Below are positions 1 to 10,979 of a stretch of 64,000 bases of DNA, in pieces (the stretch's first letter is position 1; each line of letters opens with the position of its first letter). Origin of the DNA: Hypanus sabinus (Eukaryota). A program made the position numbers and the translations under genes. Location: positions 21,886,001 to 21,950,000 of the forward strand of contig NC_082724.1 of NCBI RefSeq assembly GCF_030144855.1. Direction: 5' to 3'. The notes beneath the pieces were generated by a model. The model was not told the DNA's origin and made no database searches. It was given only the letters and a program-made list of their open reading frames with translations.

Positions 1-565
1 CCAGGCAACATCCTTGTAAATATCCTCTGCACTCATTCTACAGTTTCCACATCCTTCCTGTAGTGAGGTGACTAGAACTGAGCACAGTACTCCAAGTAGG
101 GTCAACCTGTGCAGCAGCTTTGAGTGTCCTGTGGACTCAGACCCCAAGATCCCTCTGACCCTCCACACTGCCAAGAGTTTTACCATTAATACTATATTCT
201 GTCATCATATTTGACCTACTAAAATGAACTACTTCACACTTAGCTGGGTTGCAGTCCATCTGTCACTTCACAGCCCAGTTTTGCATCCTATCAATGTCCC
301 ACGGTAACCCCTGATAGTCCTCCACACTATCCACAACACCCCAACCTTTGTGTCATCAGCAAATTTACTAACCCATCCCTCCACTTCCTAATCCAGGTAA
401 TGTATAAAATTCACGAAGAGTAGGGGTCTCAGAACAGATCCCTGAGGCACACCACGGGTGACTGACTTCCATGCAGAATATGACCCATCTACAACCACTC
501 TTTGCCTTCTGTGGACAAGCCAATTCTGGATCCACAAAGCAAGGTCCCCTTAGATCCCATGCCAT
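1..565 (-). mobile_element. CR1 LINE fragment (RT region)
   Basis: The reverse complement matches the CR1 RT copies elsewhere in the window (GVPQGSVL, KFADDTKVG and RVQR.FTRMLPG regions). Confidence 0.85.
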
Positions 566-710
566 GATTGATTCTTGTACTTAGTTATTTATTTTTACTG
601 TTTTTTTAAACTTTTCTTCTTCTCTATTATGTATTGCATTGAATTGCTGCTAAGTTAATAAATTTCCCGACACATGCCAGTGATAATAAACCTGATTCTG
701 ATTCTGATCT
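566..710 (+). mobile_element. Rex1/Babar LINE 3' tail
   Basis: Ends gataataaacctgattctgattctga, the inverse of the tails at 3226 and 35906. Confidence 0.7.
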
Positions 711-1016
711 ACTCCACACTCCACCAGTCATGACATCTGATGGGAAGTGTTGTGTTCGTACACTGTCAAACCTAACTTAAGTATATCTTAATTGCTCCTT
801 ATATTTTTCAATTGCTTCAATAATATATTTTATTTTATCTTTCATTTTATCCTTTTGCTGTTTTCTGATTAATAACTAAATGCTGTTAAGAAAACAGAAA
901 ATTCTGGAAACACTCTGTAATGAGTGTTCCCAACATTTTCTGCATTTATGAATTGATTTTTAACAATAATGCTGTAATAGTTTAAAGATTGTAATTCTGT
1001 ATGAATTCTGTTCTAG

Positions 1017-1150
1017 GATATTTCACTCAAATTTCCACTCTGGCTGATGTGCAAGAAAATGTGATGGAATACCTTCATGTTCTAAGCAGGCCAAAGGTGA
1101 TCGACCAGGAGCATGATATCGTGTGGACTGAAGCCTATATTGACAGCACT
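1017..1150 (+). CDS. CACNA2D3: CACNA2D3 internal exon (134 nt): (G)[44 protein letters not shown]
   Basis: ttctag|GA acceptor and ACT|gtaagt donor. The peptide is nearly identical to the alpha2delta-3 sequence I recall (end of the VWA domain into the dCache domain). Confidence 0.96.
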
Positions 1151-2210
1151 GTAAGTTTTCATTTTATTTCTAAAGAACTGAAAAAAAAAACTTCTTAAAG
1201 AAAGGTGAGGCAAGTATAATTATATGCAACTACTTGTAAAACCAATGATTGTAAAAGGAACATTCTGTCTTCTCCCAATATTCCAAATACCGAAGTATGT
1301 TCCCGTGTTTTCGATTTTAACGCTGAACTTGGATTTTAAATTGTTCCAGTTTATTTATGTTCCTGTTTACCTCAAGTGTAGAAAAGTATAACTAACAAGA
1401 GGAAAAGTCAAGTTAAAGGAAAGAGAAGCATTTTGATTTCACACAGTTTTCATAAAGACCAACTGGATCTCCACAAATATGATAATAATAGTTTCGGTGG
1501 ATGAAATAGGAAACAGATGAAAACAGTAAAAACTGAAGGAAAGCCTCACAGCTGAAGTTCATTCAGATTTACTGGTAAATTTGATGAGAAAGATATGATG
1601 GAATAAGAGAACAAGTGTTGCCATCTGTAGTTAGCAACACTACAAAACTGATTACATTTGGCTATTCATTCCAGTCCAGATGGTTTCATTAATTTTAGCA
1701 GTCTCCAGAGGGCTTAATAACAGCATTGGCTGTAAGAAAAGCATACTGTGACAATTCATATCTCGTTGTGCAGATGCCAAAGCAGTAATCAGAAATGGCT
1801 GTGACACTTTGGTGTACCCTAAGATGCCGTGACAAACAACATCAATAACAGAGAAATTTTTAAGTGTTTTCCCCATCTAGGGATACTTTGAACTTAGGCA
1901 GTTTGCTTAACTTGGTTAAACCAATCACTCCTACTGTGGCATACTGCTAACAGCAGATCGCCAGAGTACTTCATCCTGGGAAAGTCTTTTGAGGTGTTGC
2001 CCATCCCCTTAGATCCTTCCTCTCCCCAGGATAAGTCCTCCAGAGCTTCTGTTGGTGTTTCTGTGGCACAGGGTTTTTTACAGGATGGAGTTCTAACCTC
2101 ATGTCCATCCCTCTTTCTTTCACGGCCAGGCTTGGGATGATCCGTGGCAGAGTTTTAGGCAGTAGTGTTTAAAAAATAATAGCAATCAGAAAATTGTTTC
2201 ATAACTTCTG

Positions 2211-2441
2211 TAAAACACACAAAATGTTGGAGGAACTCAGCAGGCCAGGCAGCATCTATGGATAAAAAATACATTCAATGTTTTGCGCCAAAGCCTAGGA
2301 TGTCCTGCCGAAGGGTTTCGACCCGAAATGTCGACTGTTTACTCTTTTGCATAGATGCTGCCCGGCCTGCTGAGTTCCTCCAGCATTTTGTGTGTGTTGC
2401 TCAGGTTTCCAGCATCTGCAGGTTTTCTCTTGTTTCTCTTG
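2211..2441. mobile_element. Penelope-derived palindromic short element with hammerhead-like motif
   Basis: Inverted arms acacacaaaatgttggaggaactcagcaggccaggcagcatctatg / catagatgctgcccggcctgctgagttcctccagcattttgtgtgt. TSD ATAACTT(C/T)TG at 2201-2210 and 2442-2451. Confidence 0.8.
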
Positions 2442-2654
2442 ATAACTTTTGATCTGAAACAGGTTACAAATTAATTATCATGTTTAAATAAAGTGGTTAA
2501 TGAAATCCTGAAGAAGCACTGTTTGACGTAACGCCATGATGTTAGATTGAATTTGCCCTTGGGATGTAGTCAGTGCTTACTCCCTTTTATAAACGTATAC
2601 TGATCTGAATCAGTAGATTGTGCATGCTCTAAAGTGTATTTTCATCACAGGCAT

Positions 2655-3215
2655 TCAAAAGTTCAAAGAAAGTTTATTATTCAAATATGTATGTATCACC
2701 ATATACAACCTTGTAGATTCAATAACTTGTGGGCATACTCAATAAACCCATAATAGAATAACAACTATGATAGAATCAATGAAAGACCACACCAACTTGG
2801 GTGTTCAACCAGTGTGCAAAAGATGACAAACTGCGCAAGTACAAAAAAGAAATAATAATAATAATAATAATTATTATTATTATTATTATTATTGTTGTTG
2901 TTGTTGTTATTAATAATAATAATAATAATTAATAAATCTCAAGAATGTGAGTTAAAGAGTCCTTGAATGTTAGTCCATAGGTTGTGGGAACATTTCACAG
3001 AAGGGGCAAGTGAAGTTGAGTAAAGTTATCCCGTTTGGTTCAAGAGCCTGATAGTTGAGGGGTAATTACTGTTTCTGAAGCTGGTGGTGTGAGTCCTGAG
3101 ACTTCTGTACCTTCTTCTCGGAGGCAGAGTGAGAAGAAAGCATTACCTGGGTGGTGGGGGTCCCTGATGATGGATGCTGCTTTCCTGCGGCAACGCTTCG
3201 TGTAAATGTGCTCCA
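2655..3215 (-). mobile_element. Rex1/Babar LINE 3' fragment
   Basis: The minus strand encodes KAASIIRDPHHPG...; the tail is homologous to the 3' end of the element at 13530-15015. Confidence 0.8.
2851..2935. repeat. Compound (AAT)n/(ATT)n/(GTT)n microsatellite
   Basis: Visible directly; 2851-2890 is a perfect 40-bp palindrome. Confidence 0.9.
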
Positions 3216-3225
3216 AAAAAATCAC

Positions 3226-4115
3226 GGAATCAGAATCAGAATCAGGTTTATTATCACTGGCATGTGACATGAAATTTGTTAACTTAGCAGCAGCAGTTCA
3301 ATGCAATACATAATCTAGCAGAGAGAAAAAAAAATAATTAAAAAACATAACAATAAATAAACAAGTAAATTAATTACATATATTGAATAGATTTTTAAAA
3401 TATGCAAAAACAGAAATAGTGTATATTAATAAAAGTGAGGTAGTGTCCAATGCTTCAATGTCCATTTAGGAGCCGGATGGCAGAGGGGAAGAAGCTGTTC
3501 CTGAATCACTGAGTGTATGTCTTCAGGCTTCTGTACCTCCTACCTGATGGTAGCAGTGAGAAAAGGGCATGCCCTGGGTGCTGGTCCTTAATAATGGACG
3601 CTGCCTTTCTGAGACACCACACCCTAAAGATGTCCTGGGTACTTTGTAGGCTAGTGCCCAAGATGGAGCAGATTTACAACACTTTGCAGCTTCTTTCAGT
3701 CCTGTGCAGTAGCCCCTCCCTACCAGACAGTGATGCAGCCTGTCAGAATGCTCTTCATGGTACAACTGTAGAAGTTTTTGAGTGTATTTGTTGACATGCC
3801 AAATCTCTTCAAACTCCTAATAAAGTATAGCCGCTGCCTTGCCTTCTTTATGACCACATCAATATGTTGGGCGAGGCAGCATCTATAGGGAGAAGTGTTC
3901 GTCGACATCGCTTCTCCCTATAGATGCTGCCTAGCCTGCTGTGTTCTACCAGCATTTTGTGTGTGTTGTTGTTTGAATTTCCAGCATCTGCAGATTTCCT
4001 CGTGTTTGCTCAATATGTTGGGACCAGGTTTGATCCTCAGAGATCATGACACCCAGAACTTGAAGCTGCTCACTCTCTCCACTTCTGATCCCTCTATGAG
4101 TATTTGTATATGTTC
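3226..4115 (-). mobile_element. Rex1/Babar LINE 3' fragment, interrupted by an insertion at 3872-4009
   Basis: (AGAATC)n tail; the minus strand encodes KKARQRLYFIRSLKRFGMSTNTLKNFYSCT..SILTGCITVW. Confidence 0.85.
3872..4009. mobile_element. Penelope-derived hairpin element
   Basis: Perfect 13-bp TSD TCAATATGTTGGG (3859-3871 and 4010-4022); perfect 22-bp stem at 3874-3895 / 3911-3932. Confidence 0.85.
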
Positions 4116-5548
4116 CTTCGTCACAGTGATTATTTACTAATAGTGGATGTGCTTCTAAACATTGCTGGTGCTTCATCAAAGAGGCACTAATGAACTACAA
4201 ATTGGCTAATGAAAAATGGATTTCTGCATCTGTAAAAGGTCTGTAATAATGAAAAAAATAATTATTATACAAGTCCAGCATTAAAGTTTTGTCCAAATTT
4301 CACTTAAATCCTTGTGGACTGGGAAGAGCAGAAATTGCTGTTTTTAGCTACCAGAAGGAAGTTATACTCCAGCAACTATTCCTGTGTTTCAATATTGTCT
4401 GTTTCCAGCACTGCCATCTCATAGGACCATAATTCACCTATAATTGACATTGAACACTTCAGGTTTTACCAGCCAAGTTGGCAACTCCCAGTAACTTCCT
4501 TTGTCTTTCAGGCCAGGATTCCAACAAGTGACATGCTGATGTGGCCTGATGGTAAAATCATCTTATCTGTGACCATTTTCAGAGAAATATGCTATTTACT
4601 TTGCAGTGTCCCAAGCCCAGAGCTTTCAGAAGACACATACAATAAATAGTGAACAGAATCCAGACCTTAATCTAATTTCAATTTTGGGAGGATTTAGCAA
4701 AAGTGGAGCCCTATATGAAAATCCAGGAATGATTATCAAATCCCATGCAGCCATTTGAAAATGGACAGTCTTGCGTCATGTAATTTCTCCAGCTTGTGCT
4801 ATCAATGGATAAGATTCCCAACTGGCATCAAGAACCTTGAAAATTGGCTCCTTTACAAGCACATAATTGGAAAGATTAATGTATTTATTCCAATCCCAAG
4901 TCAAGGATTAAAAAAAAGTGTATTAGAAATATTCAGCTGATTAGAAGAAAAACATTTAAAGTTTCAGATGAATAACCTTCTATCAGAAGGAAGGTTAATA
5001 GCTTGAAGCATTACCTCTGTTTATTTCCACACACATAAGACCTGACCTGCTGAAACTTCTTGACATTTTCTGTGTTTATTTCAAGTCCAAAGAAGTTGCA
5101 CTTGCATTGAAAATGTGTGTGGTGGAATATGACTTTGATGCAAAGCAGTATTAAAATTAATTTTGTCGACCATGAGCTTTTAGTCTGTAAGAAAGATGTG
5201 AAGCTCAAAGTGTAGCTTGAGACCCAAAAGAAATTTGACTATGGCTTCATTTAAGTGATATATAAAGGTGTAAGTGATGACCTATTACAGCCTGCTAGAC
5301 AGGAAGAGAAAGTGGGACCTCTGCTATGGCAGAGTGAACCTTAGGGACAGAAGAATGCTCTACAGTTTATGTGTTCTGAAGCTCTGACACGCAGCAGTGA
5401 AGTACAAATAATATGCATAGACTGTTCCAGTGCAGAAACCTGAGCTTACAGTGTGTAGCACTCACTTCAGTGTAAGCCTGGATTTTCATGCACAGATTCC
5501 TAGAATGACACCAAAGTGAAAGCTGATACATTAAATAGACCATAGTTT

Positions 5549-7049
5549 ATAAACGCAAGAGATTCTGCTGATGCTGGAGATCCAGAGCAACACACACACA
5601 CATGCACGCACGCACGCATGCACGCACACATGCACATGCACAAAATGCTGGAGGAACTTGGCAGGTGAGGCAGCATCTATGGAAATGGATAAACGTTCGA
5701 TTTTCTGGGCCAAGACTCTACATCAGGGCTGGAAAAGAAGGGGGGAAGAAGCCAGTATGGGGAGTGGGGGAAGAATTAGGATAGCTAGCAGGTGATAGAT
5801 GAAACCAGGTGGGTGGGGGAAGATGTCAAAATAAGAAGCTGGGAGGTGATAGGTGGAAAAGGTCTGGAGATGAAGGAATCTGATAGGGGAGGAAAGTGGG
5901 CCAAGCAACCTTCACCTCCGCCTCCTCTGTCCCCAGGATTAGGCTTTCCTTTCCAGGACATTATAGATGTTCTCCTTCTTAAAAGAGTGGGGTTTCCCTT
6001 CCTTTACCACTGCTGCTGCCCTTACCCGCATCTTCTCCATTTCCTGGACATCTGCCTCAGCCCATTTTCCTGCCACCTTAACAGGGATAGAATTCCTCTT
6101 GTCCTCACCCACCTCCCCCATTAGCCTCCTTATCCCCCATATTATTCTCTGCATCTTCAACGTGGCTTTACCACTAAGCACATCTTTACCTCCACCACCC
6201 TCCCCCACCCCGCCCGCTTTCTGCAAGGATCGCTTCCTCCATGATCTCCTGTCCATTCATCCTTCCCCACTAATCTCCCTCCTGGCACTTATCCCTGCAA
6301 GTGGAGGAAGTGCCACACCTGCCCACTCACCTCCAGTCAGGGCCCCAGACAGTCATTCCTGGGTGTCAATCTGTTAGGGTCATCTACAGTATCTAGTGCT
6401 CTCGATGTGGCCTCCTCCGCATCGGTGAGGCACGACGTACATTGGATGACAGCTTTGTTGAGCGCCTTTGCTTCACCCACGAAAAGCTAGATCTGCTGGC
6501 AACAGCCAATTTAAGTCCAATCTCCATTTCTATTCCAACATGTCAGCCTGTGACCTCCTCTGCTGCCATGATGAGGCCACTCTCAGGTTGGAGGAGAAAC
6601 ACCTCATATTCCATCTATGATGCCATGTTCATCTATGGCATGAATATTGATTTCCACAACTTCTAGTAATTTTTCTCCTCCCTTTTCCCTCTTTCCTCTT
6701 TTTCAATTACCCACTCTACCCCCTTACTTCTCTTCTCCTCACCTGTCTATTACTTCCCCAGGTGCCCCTCCTCCTTCCCTTTCTCCCATCGTCCACTCTC
6801 CTGTCCTATCAGATTCCTTCTTTTCCAGTCCTTTATCTTTCCCACCTATCACCTCCCAGCTTCTTACTTCCTCTCCTCTCCTCCATGCTCTTGGTTTCAC
6901 CTCTCACTTTCTTGCCTGTACTCTTTCCCCTCCTCCTCATGCTTTTTATTTTGTCTTCTCCCCCCTTCCTTTCCAGTCCTGATGAAGCCTAAAATGTTAA
7001 CTATTGCCTGACCCGCTGAGTTTCTCCAGCATTTTGTGTGTGTTGTTCC
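5549..7049 (+). mobile_element. Penelope-like retroelement: degraded GIY-YIG C-terminus between inverted pseudo-LTRs
   Basis: Peptide relics NRDRIPLVLT, AFCKDRFLHD, PGTYPCK and VIYSI*CSRCGLLRIGE. 5556-5900 is an inverted copy of 6780-7049. TSD AGA(C/T)CATAGTTT at 5537-5548 and 7050-7061. Confidence 0.8.
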
Positions 7050-8499
7050 AGATCATAGTTTTGTTTTCTTCTCCATGCAAAATAGTCCTGAAATTCGTGG
7101 CACAGATCAGATACTGGCCAGACGATCAGTTCTAGTGTTGTTGCTAAATGGTACCATGATACATAAAAAGGAACACTCTTTCTTTTCTTCAGCATTTCAC
7201 AAAGTAGATACGATCTTATAAGCCCATTGGAGAATATACTGTGCAGCATTTTGTTCAAAAGATAGAGCCTTCCATTGTGTGGCATTCCTTCAGTATGACA
7301 GGGCAGTGGCAGCCTAGATTTTAGAGTGAGCATCAGGTCAGAGCTGACGCCTTAAACAGACGGTAGTTTTCTTCTCTATGCATGTTATTGCCCAATAAAA
7401 ATTAAAATAAAAGGTCTCCTTAAGCTTTCACTAGGAAATGGATTTCCTTTGTTGACTTATTGCCTGATGCAATAATTTTCATTTAGATTTTGTAATCAAG
7501 AGTCCTTTATCTTTTCTAGACTATTGTCAGAAAGAAAGCCTCGAAAAATGCATTGTGCTCTCATTGAGATTCCTTTTTGAAAAGTAGGCATACATGCATT
7601 CTTTTGGTCCTTACCCTTCATTGTGGGCAACAGACCCCATCAGGTAAAACTCCCCACTCTCAGCCAACACAGCAGGTCTTTAGAATGGTTGGCAGCAATC
7701 CATGAAATAGATGCTGGGATAGACTGGGATAAAATGTAATTTTATACCACACATTCTAACAAATAAACATAAGATTGTAATAAAAGTGGCTAACAAAAAT
7801 AGTCATGAATAAATTACATTTGTTTTTCAGTAGGAGAAAAGAATTTCAGTTACGAGATTAGACGAGATACTTGGGTAGAAGAGGTTGAGAGAAGACTTGA
7901 TAGGGATGTGCAGGAAACTGTTCGTACCAGCACATAGATTATAGTGTAAGCATATTATAGGGGAAAAGATCAGGAAATGTGAAGTAATAGGTTTTTGTGC
8001 AGAAACTGTTTAAGATCCAGAGCTCATATAGTACTGCAGCAAAGTCAATCAGGATTTTCAAAGAGGAACTGGACGAATATTTCAAAAATAATTTAAAGGG
8101 ATACTGGGAAGGAGTGGGGAGACTGGCTTGTGTATTGTTCTACAAGCCTTCAGTGTAGTGCCAGATGGCTTCTTCCAGAGGCCTGATGATTTTATAATTC
8201 ATTTTTAAAATGCAATAATCCTTAAATCCTCAAGTGGAAATTGTTTCGTTCACAACAATATTTTAAAGATGTAATTATTTAAAGTAAAGCAGCTCCAGAG
8301 AAATATATTTCAGAAGGATATACTGAATATGTATTCTCTAATCATTTAGTCATCTAATTACAGCTTATGATTGCTCAATAAACAGTGAGGCAATAATTTT
8401 CTGTAGCAGTACTGCTGATCCATTAAAAGATTATGTCTAGTCATTAAGTGGACAAGACATTGCCATTAATTGTCTTCTTTCTTTTTCCCTATGCATCAG

Positions 8500-8517
8500 C
8501 TCCCACAGGCTAAGCAG
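8500..8517 (+). CDS. CACNA2D3: CACNA2D3 18-nt microexon, LPQAKQ
   Basis: Pyrimidine tract tgtcttctttctttttccctatgcatcag|CTCCCACAGGCTAAGCAG|gtaatg; phase 0-0. Matches the LPQAQK I recall between YIDST and LT in mammalian alpha2delta-3. Confidence 0.9.
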
Positions 8518-8605
8518 GTAATGTGTTGATTCATTTCCTTTTAATCTCACAGAGCCACAGCCAAATCAATACCATTTAATTGTATCGGGGTAACAAGTTA
8601 GTTTA

Positions 8606-9022
8606 GAAACATAGAAACATAGAAAATAGGTGCAGGAGTAGGTCATTCAGCCCTTCGAGCCTACACCGCCATTCATTATGATCATGGCTGATCATCCAAC
8701 TCAGAACCCTGTACCTGCTTTCTCTCCATACCCCCTGATCCCTTTAGCCACAAGGGCCATATCTAACTTCCTCTTAAATATAGCCAATGAACTGGCCTCA
8801 ACTGCTTCCTGTGGCAGAGAATTCCACAGATTCACCACTCTCTGTGTGAAGAAGTTTTTCCTCATCTCGGTCCTAAAAGGTTTCCCCTTTATCCTTAAAC
8901 TGTGACCCCTCGTTCTGGACTTCCCCAACATCGGGAACAATCTTCCTACATCTAGCCTGTCCAATCCCTTTAGAATTTTATACATTTCAATAAGGTCCCC
9001 CCCCTCAATCTTCTAAATTCCA
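8606..9022 (-). mobile_element. Young 5'-truncated CR1 LINE 3' end
   Basis: Uninterrupted ORF2 C-terminus (MYKILKGLDRLDVGRLFP...FFTQRVVNLWNSLP) and a (TTTCTATG)n tail. Confidence 0.9.
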
Positions 9023-9323
9023 AAAGTTTGTATTCTAAAAAAATTCTAAAAGTTTGTTCAATTATATTGTCCAAGCATGTGTTTATATGAATAAAAATGA
9101 AACTTAATGTATACATTGAAAAGTTTGGGAAAACATTGTTAAGTTTACTTTAAGGTGCCAAAATTCATGTCTTAAATGGGTTGGTACAGATTAGATGGAC
9201 CAAATGGCCTGTTTCTGTGCTGTATGTCTCTCTGACTCTGCGACTCCAAAATAGCCTGTGAAAGTATCTTCAAAGCTTCACAGAATATCAAAGTGCAAAA
9301 AAATTAAAACAAGAGTCACTTAA

Positions 9324-9697
9324 TCCTTACATACTGTTTGAGTCAAATTTGATCCGATTTGACATTTGACAGCAGTAAAACCACCATAAATGCCATTTTT
9401 TTTAGCTGAAATTTGATGACTTTTCCTAAAGTGACCCAAAATGTGTAAATTTTTGTACATTGAGGCTATTCTGGGACAAATTTGACCCGTATCTATTGAA
9501 ATAGATTTTAGATCTCTGAAACATTAATTAAGGATTAATCACCCATTTATTAATGTCAGATAGGCTATTTATACATTCTAAATAGATCAGAGGTTCAAAA
9601 TTTAGTATAGACACTTGTTATGAGGGGATTCTTAGGCTGGGTCAAAATTGACCTGCACCATACTATGAAAGTATAGAATATGAACAGTATGTAAGGG
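9324..9697. mobile_element. piggyBac-type MITE
   Basis: TTAA at 9320-9323 and 9698-9701; 15-bp TIRs TCCTTACATACTGTT / AACAGTATGTAAGGG (1 mismatch); internal GGGTCAAATTTGACCC-like palindromes. Confidence 0.85.
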
Positions 9698-10979
9698 TTA
9701 ACAAACAAAAGCTTGATTGTGTATTTTCTAAAAGCGAATCCTGTAAATGATCAGGAATTATAAAGGTAATCTTTCTGTTAGCTGCCACTAAATTTTATAT
9801 CAGGGTTAAAACTGAAGTAGCTAAGTATTGTATTAAGATGGGAAACCTTTTTCCATGATGCGGGTGTCCATTTTCTTCAATAACTTACGGTGCAGTCTCA
9901 GATGAATGATTTTTCTTGCGCACACTATTAAAATATTAAGAATCATAAAAGTAGTTTTGAAGGAGGTTCAGGTATGTTTGCTTTAAATACGACCATCAAT
10001 TTTCCAGGCTGGTAAACCAGCTTTACATGGCAGGCTCATACTCATGGAGTTGTACATCCATCTTCATTTATGCGTCATAAACTTTTGTCTCCAGGGAGGA
10101 TGGTTAAATTTCAAGAACATTGTTTATGTCTTGTTTTGAAGGTCACCAAGTCACCAGTATAATATAAACTTGCAGTATAATATTCAGGTAGTAATTTGAA
10201 GACAGTAAATCTATCTTGGGTTTCAAGATAGGAATAATAGTCATTTAATTCAGAAATAAATAAATACTTCGGCGATTTATTCATCATGGTGTGCAACCTA
10301 TTGATACTGTACTTCATACAATTATTGGCCAGGAATGTGGTCACATAGCACCTGGCTTTCATACGTTTACGGCCTACTGAGTTGGGCAAGAGACCTGCAT
10401 ATAATTCTGCATACCACCATACTAATATAAAGATGTACAGATTAGGGATGTTTAAAGCCAAAGACAATTGAAGCTAAGAGGATTGTCAAAAAGTAAAAGT
10501 GATAAAATGTCATTGACCTGTAATGTTGGCTTTATATCTTTCTCCAAAGGTACTGACTGACCTGCTGAGAATTTTCACCATTTTACCATTTTGATATAAA
10601 AATGCCTAAGATCCCTGCACATCCCACAATGGGCATGGATGGGTTTCTCAGCCAATACGACAGGGAGAGTATGAGGAATTTAACAACTTAAAAAAGATTC
10701 AAATGCTTATTTAGTATGAGCTGCTTCAGATGACATCATTGCTGTTGATATTAGCCGAAGCTTTGGAAGTAATAAATGCTATTTTCTTTACAAGGCTTTG
10801 GAAGCCAAATTCAACATTGTCAAAACCAGGCCATGTAAAATTCTTGTTTCCTGCTCATTTATGCTTGTAGTTACAACCAAGAGTAATCATGCCATTTGCA
10901 GTGTGAAAGCAGCGGGGCTGTGCAATATTGTGAGAGGTAGGCACCAGTTTAACTGCTGTATATTGCTTAATGCCAGCCT

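Noticed and set aside
4490-4557. Candidate extra exon ttgtctttcag|GCCAGG...GATG|gtaaaa (4512-4551)
   Set aside because: It is 40 nt (frameshifting), has a weak donor and shows no alpha2delta similarity; the ten exons already give a continuous protein.
5723-6992. Pro/Ser/Leu-rich ORFs
   Set aside because: Low-complexity readings of the pyrimidine-rich Penelope terminal repeat.
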